Origin: Solirubrobacteraceae bacterium
Lineage (GTDB): Bacteria; Actinomycetota; Thermoleophilia; Solirubrobacterales; Solirubrobacteraceae
Length of the DNA: 64,000 bases
Assembly (NCBI GenBank): GCA_049287685.1
Contig: JBAQGH010000072.1
Span: forward strand, 2,821-66,820
Direction: 5' to 3'
Under the pieces are notes generated by a model. That model was not told the origin of the DNA, did not search any database, and saw only the letters and a program-made list of their open reading frames with translations. Made by a program: the position numbers and the translations under genes. Shown here one piece after another: positions 19,126-28,800 of this stretch (positions are counted from its first letter, which is position 1; each line of letters starts with the position of its first letter).

Positions 19126-19537
19126 AGATGGCTAGCGCCCGTGCCACCATCGCTCGCTCGCCCGCATAGCTAAGCGCCTTCTGCGCCTCCGCAAGCCCCA
19201 TCCAGCGCACCTCCAACACCTCATCGTCGTGGTCGTCGAGATCGCCGCCAAGTAGCCGGAAGAGGAAGAAGTGGACGCTCTTGGCCACCCTCTGCCGATC
19301 GCGCATGTACCAGTAGCGCACCTCGCCAAGCTCCTGCACCGGCTCGACCACCATTCCCGTCTCCTCGCGTACCTCGCGGGTAGCGGCCTGCACGATCGTC
19401 TCTCCCTTATCGAGATGGCCCTTGGGCAGCGCGAGCACCTGCGACCCGTCGGCTCCCCGCCTGGTGGGCACGATCACGAGCACCCGACCGTCGTGAACCA
19501 CGACACCGCCGGCCGAGACCTCACGCTCAGAAGACAT
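19109..19537 (-). CDS. NUDIX hydrolase
   Basis: Nudix box LPKGHLDKGETIVQAATREVREETG. The ATG at 19537 was chosen; the ORF is open to 19570. Confidence 0.85.
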   Translation of the reverse strand: MSSEREVSAGGVVVHDGRVLVIVPTRRGADGSQVLALPKGHLDKGETIVQAATREVREETGMVVEPVQELGEVRYWYMRDRQRVAKSVHFFLFRLLGGDLDDHDDEVLEVRWMGLAEAQKALSYAGERAMVARALAICEQDR

Positions 19538-20225
19538 ATCCCTCGAGTGCGCTCGGATCGTGCACCACAAGACGACCGCGACCTTGGGAAATCACGCCCG
19601 CGCGCTCCAAGACCGCAAGGAAACGCGAGGCCGACTCGCGCGAGGAGCCGGCCAGCTTGGCAAGGTCGGCCTGGGTAGCCGTGAGCAGCACCTCCTGCGC
19701 CGGCTCTCCGGCGGCTACCGCCTGGGCGACGAGCTCGCTGAGCACAACGGCCACCCGGCTCTGCACGGTTTGAAAGGACTGTTTGGCCAGACGATCGTTG
19801 GTCTCGCGCAGTCGACGCCCGAGCGCCACGACCAAGCGCATCGATATCTCCGGGTGCTCGACCATCAGCCTGCGCATATCTGGGCCGAGCACTGCCACCA
19901 CGCTCGTCTGCTGCACCGCCTCAACGGTCGCCGAGCGCAACTCGTCCTCGAACATCGCCAGCTCGCCAAATATGTCGCCGAGCCCGAAGGTGGCGAGCGT
20001 GATCGTACGCCCGTCGGCGTGCTCGCGAATGGCGCGGGCACGGCCTGAGCGCACGATGTAGCACGTATCGCTCGCATCGCCCTCTCGGAACACGATCTGT
20101 CCCGACTCAAAGCTGCGAGGAACCGCCAGCTGCTCGATTCGCTCGAGGTCGTCCTGCTCGAGCGTCGAAAACACGGGCACGCGTCCGAGCAACTCCACTA
20201 TCTCCGCAGCCTTGATGGGCGTCAT
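19527..20225 (-). CDS. crp: Crp/Fnr-family cNMP-binding transcriptional regulator
   Basis: cNMP-binding domain (FGELAMFEDELRSATVEA) plus a C-terminal HTH (TQADLAKLAGSSRESASRFLAVLERAGVI). Confidence 0.9.
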   Translation of the reverse strand: MTPIKAAEIVELLGRVPVFSTLEQDDLERIEQLAVPRSFESGQIVFREGDASDTCYIVRSGRARAIREHADGRTITLATFGLGDIFGELAMFEDELRSATVEAVQQTSVVAVLGPDMRRLMVEHPEISMRLVVALGRRLRETNDRLAKQSFQTVQSRVAVVLSELVAQAVAAGEPAQEVLLTATQADLAKLAGSSRESASRFLAVLERAGVISQGRGRLVVHDPSALEGYVF

Positions 20226-20292
20226 GCCCTGGAGATATCACAGGTGGCTCTCAACTCCGCAACTTGCGAGCGTCCAACGCTATCTTCACAGT

Positions 20293-20784
20293 ATGGGTCC
20301 GTTGAGGTCGATCGCGCCGTTCATGCTCGCCGCCGCCTTCGCGTCGACGCCGACACACGCGTTGCTGCACTCACGCGAACTGTGGGCCACCGTGGACGTG
20401 TGCAACCCCAAGGATCAGCCAAACACGGTCGGCATTCGTGGTTCGATGCCGGGCGACGACAACGCCAAGGACCTCATGTACATGCGCTTCCGCGTGCAAT
20501 ACCTCGATGCCACCACCAATCAGTGGATCGACCTCAGCAAGGAAGCGGACTCAGGCTTCGTGAAGGTCGGCACAGCTCAGCTCGCGCGCCAGGCTGGCCG
20601 CAGCTTCACATTTGCGTCAAGCACTTCCAAGTCCGCGTTCACCTTGCGCGGGGAGGTCATCTTCCAGTGGCGCAAGGCGAACACTGTGCTGCTGACGACG
20701 ACCATGCCCACCAGCGCGGGGCACACGAGCCTCGCCGGCGCCGACCCGAAGGGGTTCAGCGCCGCAACGTGCAAGCTTACGTAG
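20293..20784 (+). CDS. secreted hypothetical protein
   Basis: Signal-like N-terminus MGPLRSIAPFMLAAAFASTPTHA. I recognise no domain. Confidence 0.55.
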   Translation: MGPLRSIAPFMLAAAFASTPTHALLHSRELWATVDVCNPKDQPNTVGIRGSMPGDDNAKDLMYMRFRVQYLDATTNQWIDLSKEADSGFVKVGTAQLARQAGRSFTFASSTSKSAFTLRGEVIFQWRKANTVLLTTTMPTSAGHTSLAGADPKGFSAATCKLT

Positions 20785-21520
20785 CGTCAAACAGACGCGG
20801 ATCGTTGGTGATGATGCCGCTCACCCCAAGCGCGGTCAGCTTGGCGATGCGAGCGGCGTCGTCAACCGTCCATACGTAGAGCTCGCCACCCTCGCGCTCG
20901 ACCGCGCTCACCAGCGCCCCCGTGACGACCCTCCAGTGGGCCATGATCGCGTCCACGGTCCCGCTTTGCAGTGCCTCGCCCGCGCGCCGCGGCAGCAGCG
21001 CCCGGTAGCCGGTGAGAATCGCAAGGGCCGGGATCGCGGTGAGCAGATGGCTTGTGTAGTCGCGCCTGACGCGCGGGACCGACCAGCCGAGGCGCAAAGA
21101 CGGCTCGGCTGCGCGCACGCGAGCGAGCGAGGAGGGATACATGCCGCTGATCAGCGTCCTCGCTGTGAGCCCGGCCTCGCGCAGAGCGTCCACCACGCGC
21201 AGCTCATACCCAGGCAGCTTTACGTCGACATCGAAGTCAAGGCCCGCAAAGCGCTCGCCGGCAAGGTGCTCGAGCGCCTGCTCTAGCGTGAGCGGCGTGC
21301 GCGAGCGCATGTCCTCGTAATCGTGGGCGACCATCAACTCGCCGCTACCGTCAGGGTGAACGCTCAGAACGTCGAACTCGATCATGTCCACCCCATGGGT
21401 GAGCGCCGCGTCAAAGCTCGCTGGAGTGTTCCCTTGCACGAGATGAGCCGCGCCCTTGTGACCGACCCGTCGCGGGCGCTCGCCTGCACGGATGATCTCG
21501 TCAGTAGCCACCATCCGCAA
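20777..21520 (-). CDS. glycerophosphodiester phosphodiesterase family protein
   Basis: VGHKGAAHLVQGNTPASFDAALTHGVDMIEFDV (HxG...E.D motif); 247 aa. Confidence 0.8.
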   Translation of the reverse strand: MRMVATDEIIRAGERPRRVGHKGAAHLVQGNTPASFDAALTHGVDMIEFDVLSVHPDGSGELMVAHDYEDMRSRTPLTLEQALEHLAGERFAGLDFDVDVKLPGYELRVVDALREAGLTARTLISGMYPSSLARVRAAEPSLRLGWSVPRVRRDYTSHLLTAIPALAILTGYRALLPRRAGEALQSGTVDAIMAHWRVVTGALVSAVEREGGELYVWTVDDAARIAKLTALGVSGIITNDPRLFDAT

Positions 21521-21542
21521 GGATAGAGGCGAGTCTCGCGTT

Positions 21543-22997
21543 CTAGGAAACCTTCAGCTGCTTGCGCCGGAAGCTGGCGGCTTCGATTGCCTCGACGGCC
21601 GAACGTGCACCAACGTAAGGCGCGAGGATCAGAAATGCCAGATGATCGACCAAGCACGGCAGATAGCGCAAGCGATCGTGCGGGGCGTAGCTCGAGAGGA
21701 TCGCCCAAGCCGCCCCCATGATCGCCTCGCTGGCGACGGCAGGGGCCCGCTCGGGCTCAGGCACTCGTCGGGTCATCACCTTGATGAAGCCATCGAGCAC
21801 GCCGCTGACACGCGCGACCATGCCATTGCCCGCGTCGAATAGGTCGATGAAGGTCAGCTTTACCAGCCCCGGATGCGCGGCGCAGTAGCCGATCAGAGCC
21901 TCCACGCCTTTGTGTACTCCTTCGGCCCACTCGGTGTCGTTGCGAGTGGCGCGCCGCACGGCATCGTGAGCTTCGGCGGCGAACTCGTTGACGACTGCGA
22001 GCAGACACTCTTCCTTGTTTGGGAACTCTCTGTGGAACGCTTCGGTGGAGACGGCCGCGGCACGCGCAATTTCAGAGTCGGTGATGTTCGTGTAGCCCTC
22101 CTCGAGCGCGAGCTGCACCATCGCGTCCATCACGCTCGAGCGCCGATCTTCGCGTGTCAAGAAGCGTGCGCGTTTTGCAAGGAGATGGGGCGGGCGCCCT
22201 GAGCCGAGCGTGCGCAGACGAGTTACCGCCGAGGAGCGATATGAGTTGACCCAGTCGAGCAGTTCGTCGGTGAGGCCGGCCAGCTCCTGATGGCGGCCTT
22301 CGCGCACGCGCCTGAGCACCACGAAACGCACCCCGCCCACGATCGCGCGCGGTGCAAGCGGCGGCAGCGTGATCCCGTCGGGCGTCAGGCTGAAGCCGGT
22401 CGCGACGACGCGCTCGAAGGCGGTGGCGGTCAGCTGCAGGCGCTCGTGGCCACGCGGTCCAATCCCGATCGACTCGACGAGCACCAGATTGGCGCCACGC
22501 GGATCGCCGGCGATCCCTTCGAGGAACACCTGGGTTGCCGCGTACAGGCGGTTGGCCCAGCCGCGCTCGCCCATCCATGCCTGCAGGACCCGTTTGCGCG
22601 AGGCGCCGACATGTGCATCGTAGGTGGCCAGGAAGCAGTCTTCCTTGTTGGAGAACTGCTCATAGAAGGCACGTCGTGAGACGCCGGCCAACGCGATCAC
22701 ATGCGCCACGCTCGTGGCCGCATAGCCGCGCTGATAGACCGACTCGGCCATGCCTCCGTACAGGCGTGCCCGCTGGTGGCGTGTGACGGCCTCGCGACCG
22801 AGTCCGTGGGGCCCATGCGGCAGACGCTTGTACAAGGGCGTGAGTCCGTCATAACGACTCGTCGGACTGGCACCCAGCAACAGCTCCTCGGCTGAGACCT
22901 GGGTATAGACGGGAAGCTCTGGGCAGCCCTCTCCAGGCAAGATCACCGTCGACCTAGCGAGAACAGTCTCCCTACTACTTGTTCCATTCATCCCCAT
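21543..22997 (-). CDS. tandem (double) TetR-family transcriptional regulator
   Basis: Two TetR HTH units: TSVAHVIALAGVSRRAFYEQFSNKEDCFL and ITDSEIARAAAVSTEAFHREFPNKEECLL; 484 aa. Confidence 0.8.
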   Translation of the reverse strand: MGMNGTSSRETVLARSTVILPGEGCPELPVYTQVSAEELLLGASPTSRYDGLTPLYKRLPHGPHGLGREAVTRHQRARLYGGMAESVYQRGYAATSVAHVIALAGVSRRAFYEQFSNKEDCFLATYDAHVGASRKRVLQAWMGERGWANRLYAATQVFLEGIAGDPRGANLVLVESIGIGPRGHERLQLTATAFERVVATGFSLTPDGITLPPLAPRAIVGGVRFVVLRRVREGRHQELAGLTDELLDWVNSYRSSAVTRLRTLGSGRPPHLLAKRARFLTREDRRSSVMDAMVQLALEEGYTNITDSEIARAAAVSTEAFHREFPNKEECLLAVVNEFAAEAHDAVRRATRNDTEWAEGVHKGVEALIGYCAAHPGLVKLTFIDLFDAGNGMVARVSGVLDGFIKVMTRRVPEPERAPAVASEAIMGAAWAILSSYAPHDRLRYLPCLVDHLAFLILAPYVGARSAVEAIEAASFRRKQLKVS

Positions 22998-23201
22998 TAT
23001 TCGGGAAGATAATTCAGGGCTGAACTATTGGCAAGCCACCGCGCGGCCGCTCCAAACGAATGTTTCTGACTCTGGTGGCCAGGTGCGACAATTTGTCTCT
23101 TCCGCATTGTGCGGAGCGTCGAAGACATCACCCTTCCCTTCTACCCCATCCCCAAGACCCGCCTGTTTCCAACTCGATGTTATTCGAGAGGGTCGAGCGA
23201 T

Positions 23202-26200
23202 TCAAGCTCGGAGCGTAAGTCTCCGCGGGCCCTGGCGAAAGCCGAGCTCGACAAGAGCGGGCTCCAGATCCGAGCCGATCGCCGACTCCCCGTCTATTCG
23301 CTCGAGCGCCACCGTGTCTACGCGACCGGTGCGTACTGCGTCCGCCAGCGCGCGCAACGCTTGCGCGAGCGATGTCGACTCAGACGTGAGCGTCAGGATC
23401 CCACGTCCGCGGCGCTCCAGGTAGAGCACAGGCTCATGGGCGACGAACACAACATATGCGCCAGCCACCCGCGCTGGGCGGCCTGTCTGTGCGGCACGCC
23501 GTGGCCAGGACAGCACGGCGCCGTACGGCTGGGCTGGGTCGACGGCCGCGAGCACGAGTGTCGCGTCCTGTCCATCGCTTGCTCGCGCGCGCAGACGCTC
23601 CACTGCTCCTGGCAGGGCAAACTGCGCGCCGCCTAGACCCTCGACGAAATAGCCACGCCGACACACCCCAAGTGTCTCCAGCTCTGTGAGCGCACCGTAC
23701 AGAGCTGAGAAGCCACCGGCGATGCCCTCGGCGGAGACCTGCTCGCGCGTCAGCACGCCATAGCGCTCGAGCAATAGTTCGGCAAGAGCGCGGCGGCGCG
23801 CGCGCAACTCTTCGATTGCGGCCGGGCGAGCACCCTGCTCACGCGCGGCTTCCTCGCCGAAGAGCGCAAGCGTGAGCGACCAGCGACCCTGAACCTGGGC
23901 GCTCGTGCCAAAGCGGCCCGCGCGCAGCGAGGGCCCGCCAAAGCGCCTTCCCGTGCGCAGCCCACCTCCCCGCGCACGAGCCGGCCCCGCAAGCGCGTGT
24001 GCGGCAAGCGTCTGGCGTGGGGCGCGCAAGGGTGCCCAGGCGTCGTTGGTCACCTCGCCGGCCCAGACGAGGTCCCACAGCGCCTGTGTGAGCACGACGC
24101 CAGACAACTCCAACTCGGCAAGCAGGTCGGTGAAGAAGCAGGGTCCGGCCGCCAGGCGCTCGCGTAGCAGTGCGTGCTCGGGCTGCTCAGGCGGCTCCCC
24201 GCGCGCGCCGACAAATGAGCTGGGTCGGCCTAGCAACGCGGCGTCCTCGCGGAAATACAGCGCCACACGCCCCGAGTCGCGGCCGAGCGAGCCCGCACCG
24301 ACCCAGACGACCTCGCCACCGGCGCACAGGCTGTCCAGCCAAGAGGGCGAATAGGAGCCGGTACGAGAGGCGAGCACGTCGCGCTCCCAGGAGGCCACGG
24401 GCAGCGCCAAGCCCTGCAGGGGGACGAGCACTTCGCGCAGGCGCTCCACCCCGCCTGCCCCCCGCCTGTGCCCTTCAGGGTGCGATGGGGGGCCGCCTCG
24501 CTCCGAACCTGGCCGCCAACGATCGACGCCCTGCCACGAGGGCATGAACGCACTCAGCGCACGCTCGTCGACAGGCTCGATCTCCTTGCGCAGCGTCGCC
24601 AGCGAAGCGCGCCGCAGGCGGCGCAGCACCTGGATGTCGCACCACTCGCGCCCGGCGCCGCCGGGGCGCAGCTCTCCTCGCACCAGCTCGCCCGAGCTCT
24701 CCAGCTCACGCAATGCGGAGGAGACGTCCACGCGGTAGCGATCGAGGAACTCCACGCTTGAGAAGGGGCCGTGCGTACGCGCATAGCGCCCCACCAGCTT
24801 GACCAAAGCGTCGGGCACATCTCCCAGAAACACATCGGGCAGGCCACCGGGCGGCGGACAGCCAAGCGCATCGCGATAGAGACCGGCATCGTCGGCGGCG
24901 ATCAGCCGCTCATCTCCGGCGATGCGTATGCGCACCACGCGCCGTTCGTGCTCCAGCGCAGCCAGCATCTCCTGCATATCCAGGCCGACGAGCACGCGCT
25001 CGCTCAGCTCCGCGACGCCCAGGTCGCCGACTGCGCGCAGCACATCTCCGAGCGCGTCGCGGCTCGTGGCCTGCGTGCGCTGTGAGCGGTGCTGGAGATC
25101 TTCCTCGATCTGCTCGAGCGCGGCGGGATCGATCAGCTCGCGCAACTCCTCCTGGCCGAGCAGCTCGCGCAACAGATCGCGGTCGAGCGACAGCGCGGCC
25201 GCCCGGCGCTCGGCGCTCGGCGTGTCCCCCTCGTACATATAGGTGGCCACGTAGTCGAACAGCAGCGAGCCCGCGAACGGAGAAGCGTGCTGTGTCTCCA
25301 CCTCGACCAGCGAGACCTCGCGCGTTGCCAGGCCGCGCAGCAGCTCCTGCAAGCCGGCCAGATCGAGCACGTCGCGCAGGCACTCGCGATAGGTCTCGAG
25401 CACGATCGGAAAGTCGGGGTAGCGACGGGCGACTTGCAGCAGGCCCTGAGCCTTCAGCCGCTGCTGCCACAGCGGCGTGCGCCTACCCGGGTATGCGCGG
25501 GGGATCAAGAGCGCACGACCGGCGTTCTCGCGAAAACGTGCCCCGAACAGTGCCGAGTCACCGAGCTCGGCGACGATCGCCTCCTCCACCTCCTGCGGAT
25601 CGAGCGCCACCAAATCGGCATAAGAGGCGGCGCCGGTGGCGCCGGATGACTCGACACCGCGCGAAGCAAAAGCATCTGCGACTGGCGCGATGGGGGGCTC
25701 GCCGGCACCTGGCACATCGGAAGGGCCATCGCCACCCGGCGTCCACTGCTCCTCGGCCTCGTCCAGATCCATGTCGGGAAGACGCACGACGATCCCGTCG
25801 TCAGACCAGATCGCCTCGCCGTCGACGCCAAAACGCTCGCGCATGCGCGCCGAGATCGCAAGGCCCCAAGCCGCATGGACGCGACCGCCGTAGGGCGAGA
25901 GCACGCACAGACGCCAGTCGCCGATCTCGTCGCGAAAGCGCTCGAGCACGATCGTGCGGTCGCTCGGCAGCACCTGCGTAGCCGCCTGCTGCTCGCGTAG
26001 GTACTCGAGCAGGTTGGCGGCTGAGCGCTCGTCGAGGTCGTAGTCGCGTACGAGCAGATCCGCGTCCTGGTCGACCGCCCAGCGCGTGAACTCGCCGATC
26101 GCCTTGCCCAGCTCCTTGGGCCGGCCGATGCCGTCGCCCTTCCAAAACGGCACAGCGCCCGGCACACCGGGAGCGGGCGTCACGATCACGCGGTCGCGGC

Positions 26201-28289
26201 CGATCTCCTCGATGCGCCAGGAGGAGGCGCCCAGCAGGAACACCTGCCCTGGCCTGGCCTCGTAGACCATCTCCTCATCGAGCTCGCCCACGCGCCGCCC
26301 ATCCGGCAAGGTCACTGCATAAAGGCCGCGATCGGGGATCGTGCCGGCGTTTGCGATCGCCAGCTGGCGAGATCCCCTGCGCGCGCGGATACGACCCGCG
26401 ACACGGTCCCAAACGATGCGCGCGCGCAGCTCGCCGAACTCGCTCGATGGATAGCGCCCGTCGAGCATGTCGAGCACGTTCTCGAGCAGCGTGCGCGGCA
26501 GCTCGGAGTAGGAATGGGTGCGGGTGACGAGCGCGTACAGGTCCTCGACGCCGACACCTCCGTATTGGTCGTCGTCTCCAGGCTGCTGTCCGACTTCGGC
26601 AGACGCGGCAATCGCGACTATCTGCTGGGCGAGCACATCGAGCGCGTTGCGAGGCACGACGGTGGGCTCGATCGCGCCTTCGCGCATACGCCGGCAGACG
26701 ACCGCGCACTCGAGCAGATCGCCGCGGAACTTGGGGAAGATGCGCCCCTTGCTGACATCGCCGACGCCGTGGCCGGCACGCCCGATGCGCTGCAAGCCTC
26801 GCGCCACGGACTTGGGCGACTCGATCTGCAGCACCAGATCGACCGCCCCCATGTCGATCCCGAGCTCCAGCGATGAGGTCGCCACCAGGCAAGGCAGCTC
26901 GCCCGCCTTGAGCTGCTCCTCGATCGTCGTACGCTCCTCGCGGCTGAGCGAGCCGTGGTGGGCTCTTGCGATGTCGCGCAGCGCCACAGGCCCCGGGGGA
27001 TCTACAGGCACGCCCCTCAGGCCGCCCCCAGGGGCGGCCCCATCCAAACCATTCCCCGTGCCTTTGGAGCTGTCGGTGTCATCTGTCTCGGCAGCGGCCA
27101 GCTCGTTGAGACGTAGCGCGACCCGCTCGGCCGAGCGACGGTTGTTGACGAACACGATCGTCGAGCGATGCTCACGCACCAATCGCAACAGCTCGGGGTA
27201 TATGGCCGGCCAGATGGAGTTGCGCGTGGACTCGCTTGTCCCCGCGAGGGGGCTGCCCTGCACGGGCTGAAGCGGATCGTCGCTCTGCGGGCCGGCCGGC
27301 CCGGCCAAGTCGCTCATCGACTCGACCGGCACCTGGATGCGCAGGTCCAGCGGCTTGCGTACGCCCGCATCGAGGATCCGCACCTTGCGCGTGGGGCCCA
27401 CCAGAAAGCGACCAACCTCCTCGAGCGGATTCTGCGTCGCCGAGAGGCCCACACGCTGCACGCCTGGAGCGTCGGGGCCGCGAGCGCTGCGCACCTGCTG
27501 GTCAAGTCGCTCGAGCGTCAGCGCCAGATGAGCGCCACGCTTGACCGAGGCCACCGCATGGATCTCATCGACGATCACCGTCTCGACCGTGCCCAGCATG
27601 GCGCGTGCTCGCGAACCGAGGATCAGGTACAGCGACTCCGGAGTCGTGATCAAGATCTCCGGCGGTTTGCGCGCCATCGCGGCGCGTTCGGCCTGCGAGG
27701 TGTCGCCCGTGCGGATACCAACGCTCACATTCGCCCCGATCCCCCTCAGGGGCGCACGCAGGTTGCGCTCGATGTCGTAGGACAGAGCCTTCAGGGGCGA
27801 GACGTACACGACGCGCACGCCTTCCCCATTACGGGGGGTGTTGTTTGGGTTTGGATTTTTGGGCGTGCCGGTAGGTGTGTGCGAGCCCATCCCATTTTCG
27901 GGTGCCGCTAGGTCTTCCGACGCTGGGTTAGTGCCTCCTTTATTGCCGATGCCCCCCGCGCCCCCTTGCGGGGACAGGCGCGCGGGGGGCATGCCGTTTT
28001 CTTCAACGTCGCCCTGGGCGCTCAGCCGGTCGAGCGCCCACAGAAAGGCGGCGAGCGTCTTACCCGACCCGGTCGGAGCCGACAGCAGCACGTGCTCGCC
28101 ACTGGCGATCGCCGGCCAAGCCTTTGCCTGGGCGGGAGTGGGCTCGGCGAATGAAGCCCCGAACCATGCGCGCGTAGGCGGGCTGAACGCAGCGAGGGGA
28201 TCTGACTTCGCGGTTGCCACGTCCGCCGAGGCTAGCGCGCAAGCGTCTTTCGACTCGGACGCAAACGCCGGCTCAGGCTGCTGGAACAT
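23202..28289 (-). CDS. lhr: Lhr-family ATP-dependent DEAD/DEAH-box helicase (large helicase-related protein), about 1695 aa
   Basis: LLSAPTGSGKTLAAFLWAL (motif I), VIVDEIHA (DExH), ATSSLELGIDMG and QRIGRAGH, plus a long Lhr-type C-terminal extension. The ATG at 28289 (MFQQPEP) was chosen; the ORF is open to 28730. Confidence 0.9.
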   Translation of the reverse strand: MFQQPEPAFASESKDACALASADVATAKSDPLAAFSPPTRAWFGASFAEPTPAQAKAWPAIASGEHVLLSAPTGSGKTLAAFLWALDRLSAQGDVEENGMPPARLSPQGGAGGIGNKGGTNPASEDLAAPENGMGSHTPTGTPKNPNPNNTPRNGEGVRVVYVSPLKALSYDIERNLRAPLRGIGANVSVGIRTGDTSQAERAAMARKPPEILITTPESLYLILGSRARAMLGTVETVIVDEIHAVASVKRGAHLALTLERLDQQVRSARGPDAPGVQRVGLSATQNPLEEVGRFLVGPTRKVRILDAGVRKPLDLRIQVPVESMSDLAGPAGPQSDDPLQPVQGSPLAGTSESTRNSIWPAIYPELLRLVREHRSTIVFVNNRRSAERVALRLNELAAAETDDTDSSKGTGNGLDGAAPGGGLRGVPVDPPGPVALRDIARAHHGSLSREERTTIEEQLKAGELPCLVATSSLELGIDMGAVDLVLQIESPKSVARGLQRIGRAGHGVGDVSKGRIFPKFRGDLLECAVVCRRMREGAIEPTVVPRNALDVLAQQIVAIAASAEVGQQPGDDDQYGGVGVEDLYALVTRTHSYSELPRTLLENVLDMLDGRYPSSEFGELRARIVWDRVAGRIRARRGSRQLAIANAGTIPDRGLYAVTLPDGRRVGELDEEMVYEARPGQVFLLGASSWRIEEIGRDRVIVTPAPGVPGAVPFWKGDGIGRPKELGKAIGEFTRWAVDQDADLLVRDYDLDERSAANLLEYLREQQAATQVLPSDRTIVLERFRDEIGDWRLCVLSPYGGRVHAAWGLAISARMRERFGVDGEAIWSDDGIVVRLPDMDLDEAEEQWTPGGDGPSDVPGAGEPPIAPVADAFASRGVESSGATGAASYADLVALDPQEVEEAIVAELGDSALFGARFRENAGRALLIPRAYPGRRTPLWQQRLKAQGLLQVARRYPDFPIVLETYRECLRDVLDLAGLQELLRGLATREVSLVEVETQHASPFAGSLLFDYVATYMYEGDTPSAERRAAALSLDRDLLRELLGQEELRELIDPAALEQIEEDLQHRSQRTQATSRDALGDVLRAVGDLGVAELSERVLVGLDMQEMLAALEHERRVVRIRIAGDERLIAADDAGLYRDALGCPPPGGLPDVFLGDVPDALVKLVGRYARTHGPFSSVEFLDRYRVDVSSALRELESSGELVRGELRPGGAGREWCDIQVLRRLRRASLATLRKEIEPVDERALSAFMPSWQGVDRWRPGSERGGPPSHPEGHRRGAGGVERLREVLVPLQGLALPVASWERDVLASRTGSYSPSWLDSLCAGGEVVWVGAGSLGRDSGRVALYFREDAALLGRPSSFVGARGEPPEQPEHALLRERLAAGPCFFTDLLAELELSGVVLTQALWDLVWAGEVTNDAWAPLRAPRQTLAAHALAGPARARGGGLRTGRRFGGPSLRAGRFGTSAQVQGRWSLTLALFGEEAAREQGARPAAIEELRARRRALAELLLERYGVLTREQVSAEGIAGGFSALYGALTELETLGVCRRGYFVEGLGGAQFALPGAVERLRARASDGQDATLVLAAVDPAQPYGAVLSWPRRAAQTGRPARVAGAYVVFVAHEPVLYLERRGRGILTLTSESTSLAQALRALADAVRTGRVDTVALERIDGESAIGSDLEPALVELGFRQGPRRLTLRA

Positions 28290-28416
28290 CCCTAAAGAAC
28301 GGACAAGATCGTTTCTCGGGATCGTTCTATTAGACTGCCGCTCCGTGGCCGACGACGAAACGCAACAGTCACCCACTGGGCGCCCGTTTCCCAGACGCCT
28401 GAGACCCCGCGCGTGG

Positions 28417-28785
28417 ATGCGATGGCTCACCGGCACAGCGGATCGCGAAGCGGTGCAGGACGCACAAGACAAAGACGACCACCTCAGCCTGCGCGAGACC
28501 CTGCGCGCGCTACCGACGCTGCTCGACAACACAGGCCTGCCCAACGGTGTCGTGGAGCTGTTGATCGAGGACTTCGAAGCGCCGAGGAGCCAGCTCCTCG
28601 ACATCCACGACGGCCATGTCAAGCTCGCCGAGCCCGGCCAGTGCGTCCCCTGGGCCAGCATCGCCGGCCCACTCACCGCCTGGGCGACGGCGCTCGGGCC
28701 GCAGCGCGACACCACGCAGCTGCGGCTCACCGGCGACGAGTCGCTGGCGCGCAGCGTGCTGGCGGCGCTCCCGCGACCCGACTAA
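28417..28785 (+). CDS. small SCP2/sterol-carrier-like family protein (tentative)
   Basis: In-frame ATG at 28417 within ORF 27838..28785. The C-terminus ...HVKLAEPG...LRLTGDESLARSVLAALP resembles actinobacterial sterol-carrier-family proteins. It is divergent from lhr. Confidence 0.45.
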   Translation: MRWLTGTADREAVQDAQDKDDHLSLRETLRALPTLLDNTGLPNGVVELLIEDFEAPRSQLLDIHDGHVKLAEPGQCVPWASIAGPLTAWATALGPQRDTTQLRLTGDESLARSVLAALPRPD

Positions 28786-28800
28786 GAACGAGAGGCTCGC

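Noticed and set aside
24910-26892. Multiple 180-300-aa ORFs on both strands inside the lhr region
   Set aside because: All are alternative frames of the 5.1-kb Lhr gene. They are Arg/Pro/Ala-rich and carry no motifs.
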